This document shows positions 49,603 through 59,136 of a stretch of DNA of 64,000 bases, one piece after another. The stretch lies in the NCBI GenBank assembly GCA_963763775.1, contig CAVXPZ010000001.1, positions 1,507,473 to 1,571,472 of the forward strand. The letters are read 5' to 3'. The position numbers and the translations under genes were made by a program. Source of the DNA: an uncultured Chloroflexia bacterium. Its GTDB lineage: Bacteria; Chloroflexota; Limnocylindria; Limnocylindrales; CSP1-4. The notes beneath the pieces are model-generated. The model saw only the letters and a list, made by a program, of their open reading frames with translations, ran no database searches and was not told where the DNA came from. How positions within the stretch are numbered: the stretch's first letter is position 1; the number at the start of each line of letters is the position of its first letter.

Positions 49603-50834
49603 CTACGCTCGGCCGCGCACCATCGCGATCAAGCGGTCCAGGACGCGCTCGCCGTCGGCGCGAAGCGCGTTGTGCTCGTACTCGTTCGTGATCCAGGGCC
49701 GAAGACCCCGGATCGAGGCCGCGGTCTCTTCCGCGAACGCCCGCTCCACGTACAGGTCGTCGGTATAGATGGTCGCCGCGACAGGCACATCGTTGCATTC
49801 GTAGCTGATCCGCGTCGAACATCCGGGGCCACTCGTGCTCGGCCAGGATCTCCGCCGCCGCCGCGGTGCGACCGGAGTCCCGCGTAGTCCTCGAACATCC
49901 ACGGGAAGACGTGCTCCGCGGTGAACAGCCGGCCGTCGCGGACCTCGTCGGGCATCAGCCGGTCGGCCGACCAGCGGGTCGCGCCGCCGTCGGCGTACGA
50001 CGACTCGTGGAGCGTCGCGTAGATCGGGTTGCGCTCGAACCGCGCGCCCCCTTCGACGTCCGCGAGGAAGGCCCGCGAGCCGAACGGCAGCTCGAGGACG
50101 TGGTGGAGCAGCTCGAACCCGGCGCTGTCGCCCAGCCACATGCCCAGCTGGCGGAACCGGCGCGAGGTCAGCCGGTCGCCGCCCGGGAGTCGGACGTCCT
50201 CGCCGTCGAGGCGTCGGTGGATCTCGTCGACCCGTGCGCGGTCCTCCGGATAGCGCTCGAAGTAGCGCCGGTGCTTGTCGATGAGCCGGACGTACGTCGC
50301 GCCGTACACGTCGTCGACGGGGCGCCCGATCGGGGCCAGCCCGCCGGTGAGCATGCGCCTCGCGCAGGCCGTCCGGCGCGATCGAGAGGTAGGTCATCGA
50401 GGTGAAGCCGCCGAAGCTCTGGCCGAGGACGCTCCACCGGTCGCCGCCGAGCTCCGCCCGGATCAGCTCCGCGTCCCGGACGATCGCGTCCGCACGGAAG
50501 TGCGTCAGGTACGCCGCCTGGTCGGCGGCGTGTCGCCGGGGATGTCGCCGACCGGCGTCGAGCGACCGGTCCCCCGCTGGTCGAGGAGCAGGACCCGGTA
50601 GTCGGCGATCGCCCGGCGGAGCCAGCCGGTCGGCGGGCTCGTCGGTCGCGTCGCCTCCATGCCGGGACCGCCCTGGAGGAACAGCAGGTAGGGCTTCTCG
50701 GCCCCGCCGTCCGGATCCGCGACCTCCCGCGTGAAGACCGTGATGGTCGGCCCGTCCGGTCGCGCGTGGTCGAGCGGGACGCGGTGCTCGCGCTCGGTCA
50801 GGACCGCGCCGGGGACGCGGATCGTCGTCGCCAT
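49603..50834 (-). CDS. Proline iminopeptidase (alpha/beta hydrolase), frameshifted
   Basis: VPLDH, LQGGPG, LLDQRGTGRS, LGQSFGG, YATLHES.Y, DDLYVE, WITNEYEHNALR, across three frames. Confidence 0.85.
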
Positions 50835-51065
50835 GGGTCGTCACTCTAGCGGCTCACGGGGGTCCCTCGCCGGCGTCCGGCGCGACGGGCGAGCGAGGTC
50901 AGGCGCCCAGGCCGCGACCCTTCTCGAGCGTGATCTGGAGGTCCTAACCACGCGAAAATCAAGGCCTGGCGTGAGGCGGAAGCGCTCAGGATTACTCGCG
51001 AGCGGCGGCCGGATTTACTCAAACGTCGCTAACTCACAATTGGCCACTGGTGAGTTGGCGCGAGC

Positions 51066-52169
51066 TTATGATCGCTTGCCAATACATTCGGGAAAAGCCT
51101 TGGCGAGCGCGTCGCGAGTGGCCGAGATCACGCCGCGCTCAGTGATGAGACCTGTCACCAGGCGGGCGGGCGTCACGTCGAATGCGTAATTGAGGGCGCT
51201 GCTCCCGGCTGGAGCGATGCAAACCGTTTCGATCTGCCCGTCAGCGCCAAGCCCCGTAATATGGGTGATTTCCCTGGCCGAGCGGGTTTCGATCGGCACT
51301 TCGGCGATCCCGTCCTCGATTGTAAAATCAATCGATGGCGATGGCGCGGCGACGTAAAATGGCACGCCATTGTCTTGCGCCGCGAGCGCTTTCAAATAGG
51401 TGCCAATTTTGTTGCAAACATCGCCGGAAGCGGTTGTTCGATCGGTCCCGACGATCACCAGATCGACCTCACCATGCTGCATCAAATGGCCGCCAGCATT
51501 ATCGACGATGATCGTGTGAGGCACACCATGCTGGCCAAGTTCCCAAGCCGTGAGTGAGGCGCCTTGGTTGCGCGGCCGCGTTTCGTCGACCCATATGTGT
51601 AGCGCAATTCCTTCGTCATGCGCCTTGTAGATTGGCGCCGTGGCGGTCCCCCAATCGACCGTCGCCAGCCATCCCGCATTGCAATGCGTCAGGACATTGA
51701 CGCGTTGACCGGGCTTGCGGGCGGCAGCGGCGCGGATCAAGCCGAGCCCATGTCCGCCGATTGCCTGACACAGTTCGACATCTTGTTCGGTGATCGCGCC
51801 AGCATGGGCGAACCCCGCCTGTTCCCGTTCCGCGAGAGGCAGGGCCAAGAGATGCCTGCGCATGGAATCGATCGCCCACTGCAAATTGACGGCGGTCGGC
51901 CGGGCTCCCGCGAGAATGGCACACGCCGAGTCAAGGTTCGTATCGGAAGCGTCGGTGCGCATGGCGAGTGCCATTCCATAGGCCGCCGTCACGCCGATGA
52001 GCGGCGCGCCACGCACCTGCATCGTTTTGATGGCATGCGCCGCCTCAAAAACAGTATTTATGGACAGACTTGCGAATTCATGCGGCAGCCGCGTCTGATC
52101 GATAATTTTGACTGACCTGGTTTGCCCATCCAGCCAAATGGTTCTAAAAGGCTTGCCTTCGACCCGCAC
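51066..52169 (-). CDS. mtnA: S-methyl-5-thioribose-1-phosphate isomerase
   Basis: [61 protein letters not shown]. Confidence 0.96.
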   Translation of the reverse strand: MRVEGKPFRTIWLDGQTRSVKIIDQTRLPHEFASLSINTVFEAAHAIKTMQVRGAPLIGVTAAYGMALAMRTDASDTNLDSACAILAGARPTAVNLQWAIDSMRRHLLALPLAEREQAGFAHAGAITEQDVELCQAIGGHGLGLIRAAAARKPGQRVNVLTHCNAGWLATVDWGTATAPIYKAHDEGIALHIWVDETRPRNQGASLTAWELGQHGVPHTIIVDNAGGHLMQHGEVDLVIVGTDRTTASGDVCNKIGTYLKALAAQDNGVPFYVAAPSPSIDFTIEDGIAEVPIETRSAREITHITGLGADGQIETVCIAPAGSSALNYAFDVTPARLVTGLITERGVISATRDALAKAFPECIGKRS

Positions 52170-52289
52170 TCTATTCTCCTATTCCGTGCGGCGAGTGTAG
52201 CGTGGATGTGGAAGGGATGTCATGCGAAAGAACGCTTGGCTGCCACACCCACCCCAACAGCAAGAAGGCGTTTACTGGCCGGTCCAGAT

Positions 52290-52559
52290 TCAATTGCAAT
52301 TGCTGCAAATGCTTTGTTCGAGACTGTTGTCCTTCTGCTCGATCCGTCGATCGAGGTCAGTCGTGGCTGCACCTTGCGAGACACCAGGGCGGGGAACGGT
52401 CTCGCCAGTCGGGGCCAAATAATTTTCATTCAAGAGGTGCGAATTGAGCCCCCGGGAAGAGCCGCCGGTGCCCCCGGATTCCACAGTCTGGGCCTGGACC
52501 GGGCAAATTGCACTCGCGGTTACGATGAGCAGAACTGCATTAAATGCTTTCATCATCAA
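52290..52559 (-). CDS. Small exported hypothetical protein
   Basis: Signal peptide ending VQA-Q and C-terminal SICSNC motif. Confidence 0.65.
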   Translation of the reverse strand: MMMKAFNAVLLIVTASAICPVQAQTVESGGTGGSSRGLNSHLLNENYLAPTGETVPRPGVSQGAATTDLDRRIEQKDNSLEQSICSNCN

Positions 52560-52714
52560 ATGTTCCTCCCCAATGAAAATAACGCTTACGGAGCAAAAAG
52601 GTTCTGCGGACTTGTCGAATCATCTCGTCGTGAGTCCCCGATTTGTTAACGCGGTTTTAAGAGGAATGCGCGCAAGGCTCACCGTTAAGCCTTAACCATC
52701 CGTGGAGCGCACGC

Positions 52715-53753
52715 ATGACTGATTCCGCTGCTGGAGCAGTTCCTGAAGCCGGGGCGGGAGGGGCTCGCCCGCCGGCCGCGAATGTCCCGATGGGAACAAG
52801 GGAGCGCAATGTCTCGAGACCCCGGGCCGACCGGTTGTCGGGGCTCGTAATTCTTAATAACGCGGAGCCAGGCTCTGCAGGACAATTACCACCCCGGCTG
52901 GAACGGATCTTAATCTACGGATCGCAGGCGGCTTTGGCGGCTTGCTTGTTTGGTTTTGCCTGGGCGGCGAGCTCGTATTTTTCTGGCAACCCTTCCTTTA
53001 TATCGAGCCTAAATCCAACCCCCGTTAACCAGATCGCCGCGCAAGATAGCGCTGAGCGACGGGAAATCTTGCGTGCGACACAAAAAATGGCTGAGGATCT
53101 CCGCTCCCTTAAGGCAAGCGTCGAGGTTTTACGCGCCGCGCAAAGCCAAATGGGGGTTGAGACCACGAGGCTCGAAAACCTGAAGACGCGTCTGGATGCG
53201 ATCAAGTCCGAAACCAGCACCTCGATCGCTGGACTTGCTGACAAGGTCGAACGCGTACAGCGCGAACCGGAGGCAAAGCTCTCCCAAATTATCGAACGGC
53301 TCGATCGAATGGAGCGCCAAATTGCGGCGCCCGTTGCCGCCGGATCCGCGGGCGCTGCCCCGGCATCAGGAACAGTCTGCGCCGCGGAAACAGGCGCAAG
53401 GCGGCCGTGGTGACGCCTTCGATCCTTCCCAAAATCCCAATGCACCAGGGTCTCCACGTCCGCTCGGGAGCCTTGCTCCAGCTGCGAACGCAAACCCAGC
53501 AGGGGCGCGATTGTCGCCGTTTGAACCAGCGAACGGACAGCGAAATCCGCAATTGATCACGAATTGGGTTGTCCGAGACGTTTACGATGGCATTGCTCTG
53601 GTGGAAAGTCCACGTGGCTCGATCGAAGTCACACCCGGAGAAACCATTCCAGGCGCGGGAACCGTTAAATCAATTGAAAGGCGCGGCGCGGGCTGGATCG
53701 TGATTACCAGCCGTGGACTCGTCAATTCCGCCCGCGACAATTTCCAGCCCTGA
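52715..53753 (+). CDS. Membrane-anchored coiled-coil hypothetical protein (frameshift near 53380)
   Basis: One TM helix, coiled coil, and C-terminal WVVRDVYDGIALVE...PGAGTVKSIERRG.GWIVITSRG in the next frame. Confidence 0.7.
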
Positions 53754-53836
53754 GCTAAGTGGACCCTTATTCCGGACCTGCCGTAGCAGAAAATCGGTGC
53801 TCCAGCCGGGCTTAGGTTCTAAGTCTTTGATTTCAT

Positions 53837-53883
53837 TGGTATCGCCACCCCGGCTCGAACAGGGGACCTCTAGATCCACAATC
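53837..53883 (-). repeat. tRNA-His(GTG) 3' fragment (att site)
   Basis: Reverse complement GATTGTGGATCTAGAGGTCCCCTGTTCGAGCCGGGGTGGCGATACCA covers the anticodon loop, T arm and ACCA end. The 5' half is absent, and an integrase lies next to it. Confidence 0.85.
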
Positions 53884-54010
53884 TTATATTGTGTCATTTT
53901 CGAAAGTTCCCCCAGATTGCTGTCAATTCCTAATACATTGAATTTTTAGGAATTGATCGCCTATTACCTGTGCTGTAGGTTTCTCGAGTTTCCATTTTGG
54001 TGGCAACTCG

Positions 54011-55284
54011 GTGGCGACACATTTCAACACGGCAAGACTCTCCAAACGAGCGGTCGATGCTCTCGCACCCCGCAACAAAGCGTTCGTCGCCTTCGATGAC
54101 GATGTAAAAGGGTTTGGCGTTCGCGTCATGCCCTCCGGTTGCAAAACCTTTGTTCTTGAATACCGACCTGGAGCGGGTGGGCGAGGCGTCGTAAAGCGGC
54201 GGCTCACCCTCGGACGCTACGGGTCAATGACAGTAGAACAGGCCCGGAAAGCGGCGCTGGACGCCTTGGCGCAGATCCGCCTCGGCACGGATCCTCAAGC
54301 CATGAAAATGGGCCAACGGGCGGCACTCTCTGTCTCGGATTTGATCGATGCCTTCCTCAGAGGCCATGTCGGGACCAAACTGAAGCCCGGCACGGCGGCA
54401 GGCTATAAAATCGCTTTGGCGACATTGCGAGAGGCTTACGGTAGCACCAAGGCCGAAATCGCTAAAGCGCGTCGCTGTAGCTGCTTTGCATCGATCCTTG
54501 GCGGCGACACCCTATCAAGCAAATCGGACTCTGGCCGCTATTTCCTCCCTCTACTCATGGTCAGAACGACATGGGTATTTGCCCGAAGGGCACGGCAATC
54601 CGGCACAGAAGATCGGTTGCTTCCGCGAGCAGAGCCGAGAGCGATATTTGACCAGCGACGAACTCACTCGCCTTGGCGACGCGCTGGCGCAAGCCGAGAC
54701 CGTGGGCCTCCCCTACATCGTTGACGAGACAAAACCGACGGCGAAACACGCGCCGAAGCCAGAGAACCGGCGCCGCAAGATTGATCCTTTCGCGATTGCT
54801 GCAGTGAGGCTCTTCATCCTGACGGGAGCCCGCCTGAATGAAATCCTGACCGCGAAGTGGAGTTACATCGATTTTGAGCGCGGTTTACTGAATCTTACCG
54901 GCCTCAAAAACCGGAAAAAAGTCCGTTTACCTCTCCACCGCCGCGCTCGAGGTATTGTCCCAATTACCTCGTGTCGTTGGCAACCCGCATATCATCTGCG
55001 GAGAGAAAGCAGACGGGTACCGTGCCGATCTCAAAAAACCCTGGGCTGCGATTACGCACGCGGCTGACCTCCGTGGCCTTCGCGTTCATGATTTACGGCA
55101 CAGCTTCGCCAGTGTCGGGGCGGGAGGAGGATTGGGCCTGCCGATTATTGGCAAGCTTCTCGGGCACTCGCAGCCGGCGACGACGGCGCGTTATGCTCAC
55201 CTGGATGCAGATCCGATACGCCGAGCCGTCGAGGCTATAGGAGACACGATCTTGGCTGCGATGAACCGCAACTCGAGCGCGTGA
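54011..55284 (+). CDS. Phage/island tyrosine integrase with arm-binding domain; frameshifts near 54460 and 54900
   Basis: GFGVRV.PSG.KTF...YR...RRLTLGRYG, TGARLNEI, HDLRHSFAS, LGHSQ..TT.RYAH. Confidence 0.88.
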
Positions 55285-55483
55285 TCTTGGCGATCAAGAA
55301 GAATACGATTTGACCACCGCATGGAACCCCCTGCGCGCCTCCATTTTTCTGCAATGTCAAAATCAGGCGAAAGCGCCACACCAAAGATCTCGAGTTTTTC
55401 AGAACACCGAGTACAAAAGCGGTGGAAATGTATCCTCCGCTTTTTGTCACTCATTGTCCTCGGAGCATGAACTCATCAATTTT

Positions 55484-56224
55484 ATGTTCCGGATGGATCG
55501 GGGGGCCCCTGTGCGAGATCAGAAACGTCGACGCTTCGAAGATTATCTGCCACGAGAGGGATTCGCAGAGATTGAACTTTTGCTCCAAGATTTTCGGATG
55601 ATCCTCACCGACGCAGTGCCCGGCGGTGAATGGACCGACGATGTCATTGACGCGGCATTGGATGAAGTTAGAGAGCATTTTGCCCGTGCGGTTGGAGAAT
55701 TCGGTTGGTTTCAATTCAACGCAAAGCGCCGGGATCTGGAAAAGCGTCTTGTTTTGTTGCGAGAGAGCCTCGAAACTGCGGTCCATATTTTGGCCTCCGC
55801 CGGTCACCTTCGTGAGAAGATCGATATTGACCTTCTCGGATTTATTGCGAGTGTCGCTGTGGAGGTGGAGCCTAGTTTAACGTCCTCCGAGATGAACCAA
55901 AAATGCGCAAGCGTATATGAACAAATCAGGGATATATTGAAAAACGTTAAAGCCGCCGAAAACACTATAAAGCAGTGCAGCACAGACGGCCCAGCGCGCG
56001 CAAGCTATTATGATCGTATCGTCGAAGGGATCTGTTCCGCTGCTCAAATTCTGGCGATTCCTTTAACGACTGGGGGAGACCGGAGTCGCGATTCCCATGA
56101 CACCCCCTTTGTGCAATTCGTGAAGCGCCTGGAGTTGTTCCTTCCATCACAGATGCAATCCAACTCGTTGGCCGCCTCCGCGAAACGCATCGAGCGCAGC
56201 CCAGCTTGGCGTTCATCACGATAG
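55484..56224 (+). CDS. Hypothetical protein (lower GC; start uncertain)
   Basis: Long helical-looking ORF downstream of the integrase with no recognised motif. Confidence 0.55.
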   Translation: MFRMDRGAPVRDQKRRRFEDYLPREGFAEIELLLQDFRMILTDAVPGGEWTDDVIDAALDEVREHFARAVGEFGWFQFNAKRRDLEKRLVLLRESLETAVHILASAGHLREKIDIDLLGFIASVAVEVEPSLTSSEMNQKCASVYEQIRDILKNVKAAENTIKQCSTDGPARASYYDRIVEGICSAAQILAIPLTTGGDRSRDSHDTPFVQFVKRLELFLPSQMQSNSLAASAKRIERSPAWRSSR

Positions 56225-56639
56225 TTTTTCCACGATGTCTCCCCAAAGCGGGCATTCGATGCGGCAGTTTGACTCGCAGGCTAAGTTCAGCGTGTGGCGG
56301 ATGAACAGCCGCTTCGCGCCCATGTCGGGCAGTCAGCCGAAGCTGGTTCGTTCGCGAAAGCGGACGATAAGGTCGGCAGAAGGCTTTCCGACCATCATGG
56401 GTGCGAGTTGACTTTAGGTTGCTCACTATGTGTCGTTGGTCGGACAAATTGGCAGGGCGCGAGGAATCAAATGATGCGGCCGTGGGACATGCTTCGAAGG
56501 GAAATCCGCCGCATACCCTACAAACTCGTGCTCGCCTCATCGGCCAACTTTACCGGATCATTATCTTATGGGAGATATATGAAATACGGCGACGTGGTGA
56601 AAGCTTTCGCGCTAATATCTGGCGTGCTCCGGCGGGCTC

Positions 56640-57245
56640 TTACTCGTTGTGCGATTTTGGACCGCTGACGAACGGACTGTCCCGAAGATAAAATCGCAGG
56701 AGGCGGTTCGCATCCCGCGAAATGCCGATCCTAATGCTCTGCCCGATTTCGCCAGGTTCGTGGTCCCCGCGTCCGAGCCATAGAGGGCCTTCGCGGCAAA
56801 GATCGAGCCCATCGAGCGAACGATCAACCCGCAACGCCGCAGTGAGCCTTCCTGGTCCTCGCGCTAAGTTGCGCAAGCGCTCGACGCCACGATTTCGCTG
56901 CATGATCGGGATGCCTCTGAGCGGCTCGAGTGCCCTGATGAGGACGCCGGCTCCGATCCCGGGCATCTCGCTTGAGACATTGAGCATATATGAGCTGCCG
57001 TAGGCGAGATAAATATAGGCGTGCCCATGCTCGAGAAACAGCGAACGATTACGCCGAGTCATCCCCCGATAGGCGTGCCCGGCAGCGTCGCCGACTACAT
57101 ACGCCTCGGTCTCAACAATACGACCGCTGGCAACGCCTTCAGGCAACTCCCGCACCAATACCTTGCCAATGAGATAGCGAGCGAGAGAGACCGTATCAAT
57201 CGGCAGCTCAGAGCGAGCGAGCGAGCGGCAGATGGCCACGGCCAT
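56640..57245 (-). CDS. mpg: DNA-3-methyladenine glycosylase (AAG/MPG family)
   Basis: LIGKVL, GRIVETEAY, AYIYLAYG, GVLIRALEP, GPGRL, RIGIS. Confidence 0.92.
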   Translation of the reverse strand: MAVAICRSLARSELPIDTVSLARYLIGKVLVRELPEGVASGRIVETEAYVVGDAAGHAYRGMTRRNRSLFLEHGHAYIYLAYGSSYMLNVSSEMPGIGAGVLIRALEPLRGIPIMQRNRGVERLRNLARGPGRLTAALRVDRSLDGLDLCREGPLWLGRGDHEPGEIGQSIRIGISRDANRLLRFYLRDSPFVSGPKSHNE

Positions 57246-57263
57246 CCTTACGGCGGCCAGGTT

Positions 57264-57644
57264 TCAGGGCATTCGTTCGACCCATTGCGCGCGCGAAGGT
57301 CCCGGCTCGAACGGATCGCCGAAATACTGCGTCTCGCGGGCCACCTTCCCATCGAGGAACTCCATGATGCTCACGGTGTAAGACGGCAGCCCGTCATAGG
57401 TTAGGACAAATTCAGTCACCCAGAGGTCGCCCGCACCGATGATCCGCCGCACCGTGAAGCGTTTCCGGTTCGGCTGCGCGGTGCGAGATGACTAAATCTT
57501 CCGCTGCCCGCGGATGCGCTCGCCCGATTGGGGATATTCGAGCACCGCATCCTCTCGGTAAATCTGGTGCTCAGCCTCGAAGTCGTTGGCGTCGGAGGCG
57601 GCCCAGTGGCGATCCAGGGCCGCTCTGATGTCGTGGTCTTCCAT
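57264..57644 (-). pseudogene. SnoaL/NTF2-like protein with in-frame TAG
   Basis: GGGAGG RBS; MEDHDIRAALDRHW...EYPQSGERIRG..I*SSR...ETQYFGDPF. TAG at 57494-57492. Confidence 0.8.
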
Positions 57645-57656
57645 CTCGATCCTCCC

Positions 57657-59033
57657 TCAACCTACCGATTTGAGGTCACCTAAGATAGTCGGTAGCAGCT
57701 CGCTGACCGTCGGATGAATGTGCATCGCGTGCTGCATGACCGTGTACGGGGCTTTGGCATACATCAGATCGAGGATCGCGTGGACAGCCTCGTCGCATCC
57801 CGTACCGAGCAATGAGGCGCCGAGGATCTCTTTGCTGTTGCCATCGACGAGGATGCGCATAAATCCTTGCGTCTCGCCTTTTTCGACGGCGCGGGCAACG
57901 CGCGTCATCGGCCGTTCGCCGGCCAGCACTCGACGCCCGCTGGTACGCGCTTGGGCCAAAGTCATACCGACGCGACCCAATGGCGGGTCGATATAAAGGG
58001 CATATGCGGTGATACGCTCGCTGACCCTGCGCGGATCTCGGTCGAGCAAATTCGCGGCGACGATCTCGAAATCGTTGTAGGCGGTGTGGGTGAAGGCGCC
58101 CTTGCCGTTGCAGTCGCCGAGGGCCCAGACGCCCGGCGCAGTGGTTTGCAATTGGTCGTCGACGACGATGTAGCCACGCTCGTCGCAGCGCACCCCGGCT
58201 TTGTCGAGATCGAGATCGTCGGTATTCGGCCGACGACCGACTGCCAGCAACAGATGCGAGCCAGCGACTTCGGGGGCGCCGTCGGTGCAATCGACCTTGG
58301 CGATGATCTCGTCGCCGCGTTTCGCGAGGCTGATGCATTCGGCATTCAGCCTGACATCGACGCCCTCGAGCTCGATGATGTCCTTGATCGCCGCCGACAC
58401 GTCCTCGTCCTCGTGGCGAACGAGCCGCGGCGCCATTTCGATGATCGTTACCTCGCTGCCAAAGCGGCGGTACATTTGGCCGAATTCGAGGCCGATATAG
58501 CTGCCGCCGACAATGATGAGATGGTGCGGCAGGAAATCGACGTCCATCATCGACGAATTCGTCAGGTAGGGCACTTCGTTTATGCCGGGCATTGGCGGCA
58601 CCAGCGCCCGGCCACCGACATTGATGAAGATCCGGCCAGCGCGCAGCCGCTCGCCGGCGATTTCCACTGCTTGCGGCGACGCGAACCGAGCGTGGCCGCG
58701 GTAGAGCGTGATGTTGGCGGCGTTTTCGAGGGCCGAGGTAAGCCCGTTTCGTGACGCCGCCACAATCGCATCCGCGCGCGCTTTAACCCGCCGCATGTCG
58801 ATGCCGATATCGCCCCCGATCACCACACCATACTCGGCGGCGCGCCGCGCGATCCGGGCGGCATAGGCGCTCGCTACCAAGGCCTTGGTCGGGGTACAGC
58901 CGGTATTGACGCAAGTGCCGCCGACGAGATGTCGCTCAACGACAGCGACCTTCATCCCGGCGCCGGCTAGGCGGAATGCCAAAGATGGTCCGGCCTGGCC
59001 GGTGCCGATGATGATCGCGTCGAAGTCGGGCAT
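57657..59033 (-). CDS. Pyridine nucleotide-disulfide oxidoreductase (MerA/RclA-like, lacking MerA C-terminal Cys pair)
   Basis: IGTGQAG, GGTCVNTGCTPTK, GGSYIGLEFG, GDCNG..FTH, HPTVSE. Confidence 0.9.
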   Translation of the reverse strand: MPDFDAIIIGTGQAGPSLAFRLAGAGMKVAVVERHLVGGTCVNTGCTPTKALVASAYAARIARRAAEYGVVIGGDIGIDMRRVKARADAIVAASRNGLTSALENAANITLYRGHARFASPQAVEIAGERLRAGRIFINVGGRALVPPMPGINEVPYLTNSSMMDVDFLPHHLIIVGGSYIGLEFGQMYRRFGSEVTIIEMAPRLVRHEDEDVSAAIKDIIELEGVDVRLNAECISLAKRGDEIIAKVDCTDGAPEVAGSHLLLAVGRRPNTDDLDLDKAGVRCDERGYIVVDDQLQTTAPGVWALGDCNGKGAFTHTAYNDFEIVAANLLDRDPRRVSERITAYALYIDPPLGRVGMTLAQARTSGRRVLAGERPMTRVARAVEKGETQGFMRILVDGNSKEILGASLLGTGCDEAVHAILDLMYAKAPYTVMQHAMHIHPTVSELLPTILGDLKSVG

Positions 59034-59136
59034 GACAAGCCTCTCCAGCAGTAGGAGGCGCCATTATAATAACCGGTTGCTTATATCGTTAATGTACAAC
59101 ACGACCGGCCGGGCACAAGGGACCACTTCGACCGTA

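Noticed and set aside
50932-50935. GATC site as the cause of the chimeric junction
   Set aside because: GATC is very frequent in this sequence and the exact breakpoint cannot be fixed by eye.
57492-57494. Pyrrolysine or other recoded TAG in the SnoaL gene
   Set aside because: A single CAG>TAG change explains it. No pyl genes, and neighbouring island genes are also decayed.
57657-59033. Mercuric reductase merA
   Set aside because: No N-terminal HMA domain, no C-terminal Cys-Cys pair and no other mer genes.
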